Origin: a virus | DNA length: 64,000 bases | IMG/VR virus record: IMGVR_UViG_3300033153_013649 | Coordinates: 64,001 to 128,000 of that record | Reading direction: 5' to 3' (one strand) | Part shown: piece by piece, positions 37,174 through 46,459 of the stretch | Position numbering within the stretch: position 1 is the first letter of the stretch | Layout of the letters: every line of letters starts with the position of its first letter | Translations under genes and position numbers: made by a program | Notes under the pieces: generated by a model | Databases searched by the model: none | Told to the model about the DNA's origin: nothing | The model's input: the letters and a program-made list of their open reading frames with translations, nothing else

Positions 37174-39093
37174 ATGAAAGCAACAATAAAATTATTTAGA
37201 GCTGTTGAAATCAAAGATAAATATAAGACACGCTTAAATAAAAGATTATTGCCAAAAACTGTAAGATCTGGATTTATATTTGCCCCTGAAGTAATCGGAA
37301 ATTATTCTGAAGAGGAACTCGATGATTTATTTGAAATAGTAGATAAAGAAATCGGATTATCTGCTGAACAAATGAATACATCCTTTCATAAATCTTGGAA
37401 TAAAGTAAAAGAAGCAAGTATCGAACAATTAGTTTTAGAACAATTAGTTCACTATATTACGACTTATGGTTTCGAACACGCGGGACTTTATGATAAAGAT
37501 TCTGTATATATTCCTAATGAAATTCTTGAAGTTCCAGAACTTGAAGATGGTATACGCTTAAGAGTTATCAAAGGATATACAAAAGAAGAATTAAAAGATA
37601 AATTGTTATCTTTGATCGGTTCAGGAATAGCTCTTAAAGAAGATACAGTAAATGATATACTTGAAGTTGCTGTTCAAATTGGAATAAATGAAGAAGATAT
37701 AGATCAGATAAAGAATAAAGAAATTAAAGTTGCTCTTTATGACCGTTTAGGATTATTTCCAGAAAATCCAATTGAATTTTTAAGATATGTTGTTTATAAA
37801 ACCATCGGAAAAACTCTTTTAATTAAAGATAATGATACTATAACAGCAATTAAAGAAGCAGATATAGGAAAAAACTCAGACTTATTTTTTGAATATATAA
37901 ATAAGTACGGTTTAGAAAAATTAGCTCAAGTATTCTTTAGATTTAAACCAATTTTTCTTGCTTTCAAAACAGATAATAAAATAAGAGAAAGCGGAATCAT
38001 TAATAGAATAAGAAAACTTGCTAATATATATCATAAACCAATGCCAGAAGATTTTTTGAATGAAATTACTTCTAAGATTGCAAAAAAAGAAGAAATTGAT
38101 ATTAATAAATTAAATAAAGAACTTGATAGAGTAAATATATTTAGAAAAATCCGATTAGCTTATGCTTTAAAATACAGAACTTTAGAAACTGAATCAATTC
38201 TTTATAGACTTAGAAACGGGAAAGGATATGCTAAACCTTTTTCATATACAGGTAGCAAAACAGTTGTAAATAATATATTAAATCTTATACTTAATTCAAT
38301 TTCTAATGATATTGCAAAAAACGTAAAAGGAAAGAAAATATATATTCCTGACAATATGATTTATGCTCTTCCAGCAACAGAAAAACAGTTTACAGGGGAA
38401 TTTCCTTCTGGTAGTTACATTTCAATTCCAAAAGATATGGTAATGGGGATATTTTGGAAGAATGTTAAAAAAGATGGAATTAGACATAGAATCGATTTAG
38501 ATCTTTCAATAATAAATGCAACAGATAAATTTGGATGGGATGCTGATTACAGATCACCTACTAGAGAGATTCTTTTTTCTGGAGATATAACAGATCCTCC
38601 AAAAAAAGGAGCTACCGAATTATTTTTTATTGCAAAACAAAGTTTAGATTTTTATATTGTTTTTGTAAATTATTATAATTTTCTAGAAAATTCAGGAATA
38701 GAAGTTCCAATGCAAATATTAATTGCTCAAGAAGAAATAAAAGATAAAAAAGCAGCTCGTAATTATACTGTTAATCCTAATAATGTAATAGCTACAGCAA
38801 ATACTTCGATTAATAAAAGTCAGAAACTGTTAGGCTTTCTTGTTACAACTACTGGAGGATCGAAATTCTATTTTGCGGAAACATATTTAGGAAAAACAAT
38901 AACTGCTGATTCTACATGTGAACTTGTTAAACACGGAAGACAGTTTCTTTTTGATTTTTATAGAAATACTATTAATTTAAATGATATGTTGTGCGATGCA
39001 GAGGCTGAAATTGTAGAAGATAGGGAAGAAGCTGATATTGATTTATCTCCAGAAAATCTTGAAAAAGATACAATAATCAATTTGATTAGTTAA
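37174..39093 (+). CDS. large helical protein with C-terminal TerD-like domain
   Basis: C-terminal W..RIDLDLS..GWD..FSGDITD..GATE pattern. Confidence 0.65.
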   Translation: MKATIKLFRAVEIKDKYKTRLNKRLLPKTVRSGFIFAPEVIGNYSEEELDDLFEIVDKEIGLSAEQMNTSFHKSWNKVKEASIEQLVLEQLVHYITTYGFEHAGLYDKDSVYIPNEILEVPELEDGIRLRVIKGYTKEELKDKLLSLIGSGIALKEDTVNDILEVAVQIGINEEDIDQIKNKEIKVALYDRLGLFPENPIEFLRYVVYKTIGKTLLIKDNDTITAIKEADIGKNSDLFFEYINKYGLEKLAQVFFRFKPIFLAFKTDNKIRESGIINRIRKLANIYHKPMPEDFLNEITSKIAKKEEIDINKLNKELDRVNIFRKIRLAYALKYRTLETESILYRLRNGKGYAKPFSYTGSKTVVNNILNLILNSISNDIAKNVKGKKIYIPDNMIYALPATEKQFTGEFPSGSYISIPKDMVMGIFWKNVKKDGIRHRIDLDLSIINATDKFGWDADYRSPTREILFSGDITDPPKKGATELFFIAKQSLDFYIVFVNYYNFLENSGIEVPMQILIAQEEIKDKKAARNYTVNPNNVIATANTSINKSQKLLGFLVTTTGGSKFYFAETYLGKTITADSTCELVKHGRQFLFDFYRNTINLNDMLCDAEAEIVEDREEADIDLSPENLEKDTIINLIS

Positions 39094-39132
39094 TATAATA
39101 AATAATATCGTCTATTGGATTTAAAATTATAT

Positions 39133-39207
39133 GGTATTCGTAGACAAACAGGTAAAGTCGTTCGGCTGTGACCCGAATCAATATGGGTTCGAATCCCATC
39201 GAATACC
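39133..39207 (+). tRNA. tRNA-His(GTG)
   Basis: G-1 with C73; TTCGG-CTGTGAC-CCGAA. Confidence 0.92.
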
Positions 39208-39240
39208 CACCAAGAAGGTTAAAATTACAAAGAGAAAATT

Positions 39241-39537
39241 ATGGATATTATAGAAAATGGAACGAGAGTATTTGTAGTAAATTTTGAAGATAATGAATTA
39301 GAAATTTTTGATGGAACTATCGAAGGACCGACTTTTTTAAAAGATGAATTAACTCATTATGGAATAAGATTACCTCAAGTATATCAACAACCGGCGGAGA
39401 TTGTACAGAGTCTTAAAGAAAACGTATTTGTTACTAAAAAATTAGCTTATGAAAGGGCAATATATCTTTTAGAAGAAAGAATTAAAGATTTTTCAAAAAA
39501 AATCGAAGTTCTTAGTTCACAATTAAGGTCAGAATAA
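39241..39537 (+). CDS. hypothetical protein
   Basis: ORF. Confidence 0.6.
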   Translation: MDIIENGTRVFVVNFEDNELEIFDGTIEGPTFLKDELTHYGIRLPQVYQQPAEIVQSLKENVFVTKKLAYERAIYLLEERIKDFSKKIEVLSSQLRSE

Positions 39538-39556
39538 AATATATAGGAGTTTTATA

Positions 39557-40018
39557 ATGTTTTTATTTTCATATATGTTATTACTTAGCTTGTTTTCTAT
39601 TATTATTGGATTATTTTTTGGAATAACGGATGCTTATATATCAAGAAGAAAAGAAGATTCAGATAATATAGGATGGGATTATCCTTTTTGGGTTAAAAAA
39701 TATATTCATATTTGGTGGCTAGGGGGTTTGATATTAAACTTTTCTTTTATTTATTGGTTAGCTATTTTATCTCCGTTTAATATAATAAAAACTTTTTTGA
39801 TAATGATGACGATTTTTTTTGCATTATCTGGATTATGTTGGGATATAACTTTTGCATATATCAAAACTGGAAAATTAATAACGGAGAAAACGATGCAATG
39901 GTGGTTAAGTATTCCGGGGATTATTAGAATAAGTTTTAAGACAAGAAAAGATGTAATAAGATTTCATATTATGAGAATAATTATTTTATTAGGTATGTGG
40001 GTATATGCATATATTTAA
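39557..40018 (+). CDS. multi-pass membrane protein
   Basis: About four hydrophobic helices; AGGAG RBS. Confidence 0.7.
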   Translation: MFLFSYMLLLSLFSIIIGLFFGITDAYISRRKEDSDNIGWDYPFWVKKYIHIWWLGGLILNFSFIYWLAILSPFNIIKTFLIMMTIFFALSGLCWDITFAYIKTGKLITEKTMQWWLSIPGIIRISFKTRKDVIRFHIMRIIILLGMWVYAYI

Positions 40019-40141
40019 ATAAAACCAAAGTTTCTATTTATTGTTCAAAGAATTATATTGTAATAATACGTGTTGGGTCTTCTCATTCGATTTCGATGAA
40101 GGGGAAGATCCAACTCGTTGAATTAATATGGTTTAAAGAAT

Positions 40142-40597
40142 ATGATAGTATATGCAGAACCAAAAACAAATCAAGTTCAGCCAAAATTTTCTTTAATTGA
40201 TAAACAACGAGAATTTTATAATAAAAGAATCTTAACTAATAAAGGATATCCAGCATTAAAAGAAGATATTAAAAAAAATGGAATAGTTCATCCTTTAATT
40301 GGTAATAGTTGGAAGGGTTTTCCTTATACTGTTAAAATTGGTTTAAGACGATTTTGGGCAGCAAGAGAACTAGGTATAGAAAGAATTCCGATATTAATAT
40401 ATGATTTACCGATATATACTTGGATTCCCGAATTTAAAGTTAATTGTGAATATAAATATAGATTAAAAAATATGGAAGATATATATGAATTATTCAAAGC
40501 TGTTGGAAAAAATTATCCAAAAGAAGATTTAATACCGGCCGGACAAAAATATTTTGTAAATTTATACGGTCAACATGGAATGAATATATTTAGATGA
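40142..40597 (+). CDS. ParB/Srx-like protein, MIVYAEP family
   Basis: NGIVHPLIGNS...IGLRRFWAARELG; close paralogue of 35849. Confidence 0.75.
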   Translation: MIVYAEPKTNQVQPKFSLIDKQREFYNKRILTNKGYPALKEDIKKNGIVHPLIGNSWKGFPYTVKIGLRRFWAARELGIERIPILIYDLPIYTWIPEFKVNCEYKYRLKNMEDIYELFKAVGKNYPKEDLIPAGQKYFVNLYGQHGMNIFR

Positions 40598-40607
40598 AAA
40601 TAAAAAA

Positions 40608-40681
40608 AACCTTGGTCCAATTGGAAAAGACAGCAGATTAAAACTCTGTAAGTTATAGAGGTTCAAATCTCTTCAAAGATA
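40608..40681 (+). pseudogene. degenerate tRNA
   Basis: D-arm GTCCAATTGGAAAAGAC, GCAGA/TCTGT stem, GAGGTTCAAATCTCT; weak acceptor stem. Confidence 0.5.
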
Positions 40682-40696
40682 CTAAACTAATAAAAT

Positions 40697-40770
40697 ACTC
40701 CTGTACCAGAATTGGGATATGGGCTGGATTTAGATTCCAGAGTTTATGGGTTCGATTCCCATCAGGAGTA
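40697..40770 (+). tRNA. tRNA-Leu(TAG) with short variable loop
   Basis: ACTCCTG/CAGGAGT; CTGGA-TTTAGAT-TCCAG; A73. Confidence 0.85.
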
Positions 40771-40799
40771 CTCCTATAAAAAGAAAGGAAAAGGATATC

Positions 40800-41402
40800 A
40801 TAAAAGATTATTTTTTAATCGGTCATCCGAGGTCTGGAAACGGTTTAATTAGAAATACTTTACAAGAAAATTTTCCAGAATTAAACTTTGTTCATTTTTC
40901 TCATTTAATTTTTACGCCAAGAAAAGATTTGAAATATGTTTTTATTCAAAGACAGTTTGAATCTGTTTTGAATTCAATGTATAATATGTGGATTAATGAT
41001 TTTCCTAAGAAATATATGAGCTTAGATGATTTTAGAAATATTAAATATTCTAAACTTCCTTTTGATCCAAAAGTGCAAAGAAAAGCTAAATATAATGATA
41101 AAGGAAACAAAGTAGAAATAAGAAATTCTCAATTTGGCTGGCAATGGCTAATAAGAATAAACAGAACCCCTCGAGAATGGTATGATTATTATAATAATTA
41201 TTGGCATCAACAAATCAATATGAATACTTCATTTATTCATCCAGTATTATATGAACAATTAATAGATCCAAAACTATTCCGTGAAATCATGGATAAGCTT
41301 TCAATATTTTTAATACATAAAACAAAAAGTACGTATGCTTGGTCGCAAATTACAGATAAAAGAATTGGAATATATCCGATAAATTATTCAGATAAAATTT
41401 AA
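40800..41402 (+). CDS. sulfotransferase-fold protein (start uncertain, possibly ATA)
   Basis: LIGHPRSGN (5'-PSB), FIQR..SVLNS (3'-PB), VLYEQL; the track's ATG lies inside tRNA-Leu. Confidence 0.7.
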   Translation: MKDYFLIGHPRSGNGLIRNTLQENFPELNFVHFSHLIFTPRKDLKYVFIQRQFESVLNSMYNMWINDFPKKYMSLDDFRNIKYSKLPFDPKVQRKAKYNDKGNKVEIRNSQFGWQWLIRINRTPREWYDYYNNYWHQQINMNTSFIHPVLYEQLIDPKLFREIMDKLSIFLIHKTKSTYAWSQITDKRIGIYPINYSDKI

Positions 41403-41418
41403 ATTTTGTAAAAAGTTA

Positions 41419-41447
41419 TTGACAAATTCGATTTTATTTAGTATATT
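41419..41447 (+). promoter_or_regulatory. sigma70-type promoter driving the rnpB-like RNA
   Basis: TTGACA-17-TATATT. Confidence 0.8.
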
Positions 41448-41750
41448 ATAAATGAAAGGAACTTTAAAACATCAAAGAATGGAGGGCTGAATTAAATCAG
41501 GCGAGGTAACTCGACGGAAGGTACAATAGAAACTATACCGCCACGTTTGCCCACGTGGTAAGGGTGAAAAGAGAAGGCCTAAGAATCTTCTCTATTATCG
41601 GTAACGATTAATAGACGTAAACCTTCCCCCTCCCTTCTTTTTGATGTAATTTCAAATAAGTTAAGAGAATTTGGACTAATGAATAAGAAGGCTAAAATAA
41701 ATGTTATTTTTAATAGAATTTCGGGTACAAATCTCTTTAAAGATTTATAT
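41447..41750 (+). ncRNA. rnpB: RNase P RNA homologue (divergent)
   Basis: GGCGAG-GTAA-CTCGACGGAAGGTACAATAGAAA..ACCGCC..GGTAAGGGTGAAA..GGTAAC..GTAAACC..TAAATAAATG..AGAATTTCGG in canonical order. Confidence 0.8.
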
Positions 41751-41764
41751 AAAAGAGAGGTAAC

Positions 41765-42136
41765 ATGAAAACATCAAAAAGATTTGGCGATTTATTTAGA
41801 GAATTACGCCTTAAAAACAGATATACACTAAGGGCATATTGCAGAAAGTTCAACCGTGATCCTGCTTATATTAGCAGAATTGAAAGAGGAATAACTCCCC
41901 CACCGGAAAACAGTGAAGAAATCGAAAATTATGCTAGATCATTTAATTTAGAAGAAGGATCAAGACAGTGGATTGAATTTTATAATTTGGCTGTAGTTAG
42001 TAGAAAGAAAAAATCAGAACCCATATTATCCGAGAAAGAACTTGTTGGTAAATTACCATTATTTGTAACAACAACTAGCGGAAAGCCTCTTGATAATGAT
42101 AAGTTAGATAAATTGATTGATATAATAAGAGATTAA
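41765..42136 (+). CDS. XRE-family HTH transcriptional regulator
   Basis: FGDLFRELRLK..TLR...DPAYISRIERG..PPP. Confidence 0.88.
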   Translation: MKTSKRFGDLFRELRLKNRYTLRAYCRKFNRDPAYISRIERGITPPPENSEEIENYARSFNLEEGSRQWIEFYNLAVVSRKKKSEPILSEKELVGKLPLFVTTTSGKPLDNDKLDKLIDIIRD

Positions 42137-42144
42137 ATATTAAC

Positions 42145-42223
42145 GGGGCACAGGACTGCTAGGGGTGGTCGTCTCATTTGCGATGAGAAAAATTTCAGGT
42201 GGGTTCGAATCCCACGTGCTCCA
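42145..42223 (+). tRNA. tRNA-Ala(TGC)
   Basis: GGGGCAC/GTGCTCC with G3:U70; TCTCA-TTTGCGA-TGAGA. Confidence 0.9.
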
Positions 42224-42273
42224 CAGATGGAAATTATAGATCAGAAAAAAGAAAGAATAAAAAGGAAAAACTT

Positions 42274-42618
42274 ATGATTGAATTCAAAAATGAAATTGGG
42301 CTTTTAAAATCTATAAAAAAATCTCTGCAAGAATTTCAGGAGGAAAATAAAAGTCATGAATATTCTCATGAAAAAAAAGAAGAGAAAACGGAAAATTATT
42401 TGGATGAAATGATACTTTATGCATTTCGATATTGTCTCGGAAGGTCAAGTTATGCAGTTGGAATTTGTATCGAGTATCTTATTGATAATTGGGATAAGAT
42501 CTCAAAGAAAAATAAGGCATTGATTCATAAAGAAATTAATCAAGCAATTGCTGATAATGATGCTGGTTGGGGATGTGATATTGAAGCATGGAAAAAGATC
42601 TTAAAACTTGAAAAGTAG
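42274..42618 (+). CDS. conserved phage hypothetical protein
   Basis: AFRYCLGRSSY motif; start moved out of tRNA-Ala. Confidence 0.65.
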   Translation: MIEFKNEIGLLKSIKKSLQEFQEENKSHEYSHEKKEEKTENYLDEMILYAFRYCLGRSSYAVGICIEYLIDNWDKISKKNKALIHKEINQAIADNDAGWGCDIEAWKKILKLEK

Positions 42619-42708
42619 GAATCATATTTTAGATTCTAGATTGAAATTCTGGGAATTAGAGATAAGATTCAATTCGGTGGTATTACTAAAGAGAAAAAGG
42701 ATTATATT

Positions 42709-43026
42709 ATGCTACCAAAATTAAAAAAAATCGATTTATCGAAAAGATACCATGGCCCAAAAGATGTTAAGATTGGATGTGGAAAGCGACATGATGATAT
42801 AAAGCCGAGTATTTTTACTCAATATTTAGCTAAAATTAATGGGTTTTGGCACGTTGTAAACTTTTCTGAACAATGGCATGGATTGATAGCTAAGGAGAAT
42901 AATGATCGGCGGTTTGATTTAGATTCGGGGCGGCGGTTTGATTTAGATTCGGGGCAGAAAAACGATGGATCTGATTGGGAAGAATTATATGAAATTATAG
43001 ATCAGAAAGGAGAAGAAAATGACTAG
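42709..43026 (+). CDS. hypothetical protein
   Basis: ORF with AAGGA RBS. Confidence 0.6.
   Translation: MLPKLKKIDLSKRYHGPKDVKIGCGKRHDDIKPSIFTQYLAKINGFWHVVNFSEQWHGLIAKENNDRRFDLDSGRRFDLDSGQKNDGSDWEELYEIIDQKGEEND
42907..42954 (+). repeat. perfect 24 bp in-frame tandem duplication
   Basis: CGGCGGTTTGATTTAGATTCGGGG x2 (RRFDLDSG x2). Confidence 0.9.
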
Positions 43027-43134
43027 TCCTTATGCAAAGAAACATTATCCGAAAAAGAAAAAACTTGGAAGAAAAAGTTTTAGGTATCTTCAATTACACG
43101 GAGAAAAAGCAAAGAAAAAATAATAAAAGAAATA

Positions 43135-43383
43135 TTGAAGAAGTTATCATTTTTTGAAATATTTATAACTTTTATTTTAGTATTTATATTTATTAAATTG
43201 GATACTTATAATTTCTATAAGGAATATTATGAAAAATATAAGAAAAGAAAAGATGTTGAACAAATTGAAGAAAAGCTGGAATTAAAGGTTTATGAATTTT
43301 ATGATATATCTGTTGATATGGATTTAAGAGTTACCTTTTTAGGTGATTCTTTACTTGCAATTGATACTTTGAAAATTTATTAG
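43135..43383 (+). CDS. small protein with N-terminal TM helix
   Basis: Hydrophobic N-terminus. Confidence 0.5.
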   Translation: MKKLSFFEIFITFILVFIFIKLDTYNFYKEYYEKYKKRKDVEQIEEKLELKVYEFYDISVDMDLRVTFLGDSLLAIDTLKIY

Positions 43384-43396
43384 AATAAGAAATTTT

Positions 43397-43472
43397 GCGG
43401 GATAGGCTGAAAAGGATTAGGCGCCTGGCTTCCAACCAGGAATATTAATCGGTTCGATTCCGATATCCCGCT
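43397..43472 (+). tRNA. tRNA-Gly(TCC)
   Basis: GCGGGAT/ATCCCGC; CCTGG-CTTCCAA-CCAGG. Confidence 0.92.
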
Positions 43473-43491
43473 CTAAAATAATTATATAAAA

Positions 43492-44103
43492 ATGGAGATA
43501 ATAAATAAAAGAGTACTTTTGATAAATATTTCTTATGAACCAATTACTGTAATTAATGTAGCAAGATCGATTCTTCTTATTTATAAAGGAAAAGCTCAAA
43601 TAATTGAACATGAAGAAGAAATCAAACTTAGATCTAGTGGAAGATTTAATCCAAAAACAAATAAAAGAGAAAATTGGGAAATCAACTGTCCTACAGTTTT
43701 AAGATTAAAGAAATATGTTAAAGTTCCGAGAAGAAATTTATTACCAGTTAAAAGTAATATTTGCCAAAGAGACAGATATATCTGTCAATATTGTGGGATT
43801 GAACTCAATTTTATAGATCTTACTTTAGATCATGTTATTCCTTATAGTAAAGGAGGGAAAAGTACTTGGGAAAATTTAGTTGCTTCTTGTAGTAGATGTA
43901 ATAATAAAAAAGGGGATAGAACTCCAAAACAAGCGGGAATGAAATTACTTTCTAAACCGAAAAAACCCCATGCGTTTCAAACTTTGAGATTTTATATCAA
44001 GACAATTAGAAGTCCCTGGAAACCATATTTATTTATGGAATCCTTTCCTGTTGAAAACACAGTATCTCAAGAAGATATTGCTATTGTAGAACGTTCTTTA
44101 TAA
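43492..44103 (+). CDS. HNH endonuclease (McrA/HNH_5 type)
   Basis: RD..ICQYCG, LTLDHVIP.SKGG..TWENLVASC..CN..KG. Confidence 0.92.
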   Translation: MEIINKRVLLINISYEPITVINVARSILLIYKGKAQIIEHEEEIKLRSSGRFNPKTNKRENWEINCPTVLRLKKYVKVPRRNLLPVKSNICQRDRYICQYCGIELNFIDLTLDHVIPYSKGGKSTWENLVASCSRCNNKKGDRTPKQAGMKLLSKPKKPHAFQTLRFYIKTIRSPWKPYLFMESFPVENTVSQEDIAIVERSL

Positions 44104-44199
44104 GAGGGGTGGTGGAGTCTGGATTAATCACACTGGTCTTGAAAACCAGTAAATGTTGTAAAAGCATCATTTCGTGGGTTCAAATCCCACCCCCCTCTG
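44103..44199 (+). tRNA. tRNA-Ser(TGA)
   Basis: AGAGGGG/CCCCTCT; CTGGT-CTTGAAA-ACCAG; long variable arm. Confidence 0.9.
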
Positions 44200-44211
44200 C
44201 AAAATTAATCT

Positions 44212-44219
44212 TATAAATA
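44212..44219 (+). promoter_or_regulatory. T4-type late promoter for the transferase cluster
   Basis: TATAAATA. Confidence 0.5.
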
Positions 44220-44224
44220 GTTTT

Positions 44225-44842
44225 ATGAATGTTGAAATAGTTGAAAAGAAAATAGACAAAAACAATTTAAGAAAAAATTGGGCAATTTGTTCATTCTATA
44301 CCCCTGAATATTCAAAAGTAATATTAAATCTTATTGATTCTATTCAAAATTTAAATTTAAATTACATAATTCATCAAGTTAGATTATCCAATAATTGGAC
44401 AGCTAATACTCATTATAAACCCTTCTTTCTATTAGATGTATTAAACGAACATCCAGAGTTGAAAGCAGTTGTTTGGGTAGATGCAGATGCAGTAATTATT
44501 CGGTATCCAAAACTTTTTGATAATTTAGAATGTGATTTTGCAGCTCATATTCATAAAACAAAGAATCAATTACTTTCTGGAACTCTATTTTTCAAAAACA
44601 ACAATTCTGCTAAAACTCTTTTACGAATGTGGATAAAAGAATCGAGTAACAGACGAGGCCAATGGGATCAAAAAATATTACAAGAGACTAAAAATCAATG
44701 GAAAGGAAATTTCTATAATCTTCCCCCTCAATATTGTTTAGTTTTTGATAATATGAAACAATGGGGACCTCCGGTTATAGAACATTATCAATTTTCTAGA
44801 AAAATACGAAGAAAAGAAGTTACGATAAGGTCAGGAATTTGA
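44225..44842 (+). CDS. nucleotide-diphospho-sugar (GT-A) glycosyltransferase
   Basis: YKP.F, WVDADA (DxD), SGTLFF, WDQ..LQ, HYQ.SR. Confidence 0.85.
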   Translation: MNVEIVEKKIDKNNLRKNWAICSFYTPEYSKVILNLIDSIQNLNLNYIIHQVRLSNNWTANTHYKPFFLLDVLNEHPELKAVVWVDADAVIIRYPKLFDNLECDFAAHIHKTKNQLLSGTLFFKNNNSAKTLLRMWIKESSNRRGQWDQKILQETKNQWKGNFYNLPPQYCLVFDNMKQWGPPVIEHYQFSRKIRRKEVTIRSGI

Positions 44843-45540
44843 TACTTGAAAATTTAAAAGACGGAGCTTGGAAAGGACATCGAGCATTTATTATTGGAGG
44901 GGGTCCTTCTTTAAAAGGATTCGATTGGAAATTACTTCGAAGGGAAAAGACAATTGGCGTTAATAAAGCAATATTGAAAATCTTTCCTGATATTATGATA
45001 GGAATGGATTATCGGTTTTGGAATAAGCTTTTATCCGGTGATTTAGGTGATGTTATTCTTAGAAGAGTTAAAAGAATGAAAGGCTTAAAAATATATTTTC
45101 GAACCGGTAAATCTTTAGCTAATAAATTTTCATGGGCAAATTTAATCGAAATTGTTCCTAATCAAAACAATAAAAATGCTTTTACTACTTCTTTTAGTAA
45201 AGGATTAGGACATGGAAAAAATTCAGGATTTACTGCTTTAAATGTTGCAGTTAATCTTCGAGCAAATCCAATTTATTTACTTGGTTTTGATATGAAAGGA
45301 CATCCATCTACTAAAAAACAAGTTTGGTGGCACGAAGGATATCCATTTTCAGTAAATGATGAAAGTATATACAGACAATATATAAGAAATTTTGAAGTTC
45401 ATGCTTTACCTGTAATAAATAAATTGGATTTGAAAGTTATAAATCTAAATCCAGCAAGTGAATTAAAATGTTTTGAATTTGCTAAACCGGAGGATATATT
45501 TGAAAATAATGAGATTCTTGAAGATGAATCCCTCTTATAA
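44839..45540 (+). CDS. MAF_flag10/DUF115 (sialyltransferase-like) protein, copy 1
   Basis: FIIGGGPSL, IGVN, NSGF.ALN.A, IYLLGFDM. Confidence 0.8.
   Translation: MILENLKDGAWKGHRAFIIGGGPSLKGFDWKLLRREKTIGVNKAILKIFPDIMIGMDYRFWNKLLSGDLGDVILRRVKRMKGLKIYFRTGKSLANKFSWANLIEIVPNQNNKNAFTTSFSKGLGHGKNSGFTALNVAVNLRANPIYLLGFDMKGHPSTKKQVWWHEGYPFSVNDESIYRQYIRNFEVHALPVINKLDLKVINLNPASELKCFEFAKPEDIFENNEILEDESLL
44868..44941 (+). repeat. 74 bp perfect direct repeat, copy 1 (copy 2 at 46498-46571)
   Basis: TTGGAAAGGACATCGAGC...ATTACTTCGAA identical in both paralogues. Confidence 0.9.
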
Positions 45541-46411
45541 GAAATTTATCTATTGTATAGTTAGTTGGCTGATACTTATATTAATAATGGCTACTGTTAA
45601 ATTTAAAATCGATGAGATTTCCCTTAGATATAAAATAGAAACGCTTCAGGCTGAATATGAAGTAAAAAGCCAAGGATATGATGTTTTGAAAGCGCAGTAT
45701 ACTGCTGCGGCGAATGACTATCTCGCCGATCGGAAAATAGGGAGAGTCGTTCGCTCTGTTAATCCATGGCTAGACGATGAGCACGTTCAACTTTGGATCA
45801 AGATGCTTAAAGAAAGTGGAGACGGTATTCTTGCTGGTTTAAACAATTTTTCATTGAAGAAATTAGGCACCGGAGATTCGCTGTATTCTCTAAGACCAGG
45901 AATAGCTTTGCTCATTTCTGTTGGCGCATTCGAAAGTGATTTTAGGTTGTTTTCTGATAGTGGTAAGGGAGCATACGGTCCTATGCAGTTGAAAAAAATA
46001 ACAGCTGTTCAGGTTGGCATCAAGGACCGTCAAGATCCAGAGGAAAATATAAGAGGTGGAGCATTACATCTTGTTTCATTATTACAAAAATACTACCAGT
46101 ATCCAGATCAGCTCGAATTGGCGCTTGCCACTTACAATGCGGGCGCCTCGCGTGTAAAAGGAAGATGGATTCCGGAATGGGGCGCCGAATGGCATGCAAT
46201 ATATTCCGGACTTTCTGCGGACATGACATTCAAGGAGACGCGCACTTATGTTACGGCGGTGATGGAGCTAACCCGGCTCTTTGCCTCCGGTAGATGGAAC
46301 TCCCTGGATCAGAACTTCTGGAGCAACTACCGGCAGTTTATTTTCCGCGCCGATTATGTCACTGTTTTCGACGAAGAAAAGATGCAGATTACGGAACAGG
46401 ATGATTCATAA
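45500..46411 (+). CDS. membrane-anchored lytic transglycosylase (SLT)
   Basis: N-terminal TM; ES, GAYGPMQL, ALATYNAG, ETRTYV; GC-richer than its neighbours. Confidence 0.88.
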   Translation: MKIMRFLKMNPSYKKFIYCIVSWLILILIMATVKFKIDEISLRYKIETLQAEYEVKSQGYDVLKAQYTAAANDYLADRKIGRVVRSVNPWLDDEHVQLWIKMLKESGDGILAGLNNFSLKKLGTGDSLYSLRPGIALLISVGAFESDFRLFSDSGKGAYGPMQLKKITAVQVGIKDRQDPEENIRGGALHLVSLLQKYYQYPDQLELALATYNAGASRVKGRWIPEWGAEWHAIYSGLSADMTFKETRTYVTAVMELTRLFASGRWNSLDQNFWSNYRQFIFRADYVTVFDEEKMQITEQDDS

Positions 46412-46459
46412 TATTGTAGTAGATAGTCTGAATAATTCGAACGATAAAACATTTTAAAT

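Noticed and set aside
39997-40200. 67 aa ORF
   Set aside because: Overlaps both neighbours and spans an RNA hairpin; no RBS
35392-44224. ORF starts at 35392, 40746, 42199 and 44174
   Set aside because: They begin inside tRNA genes; true starts are downstream
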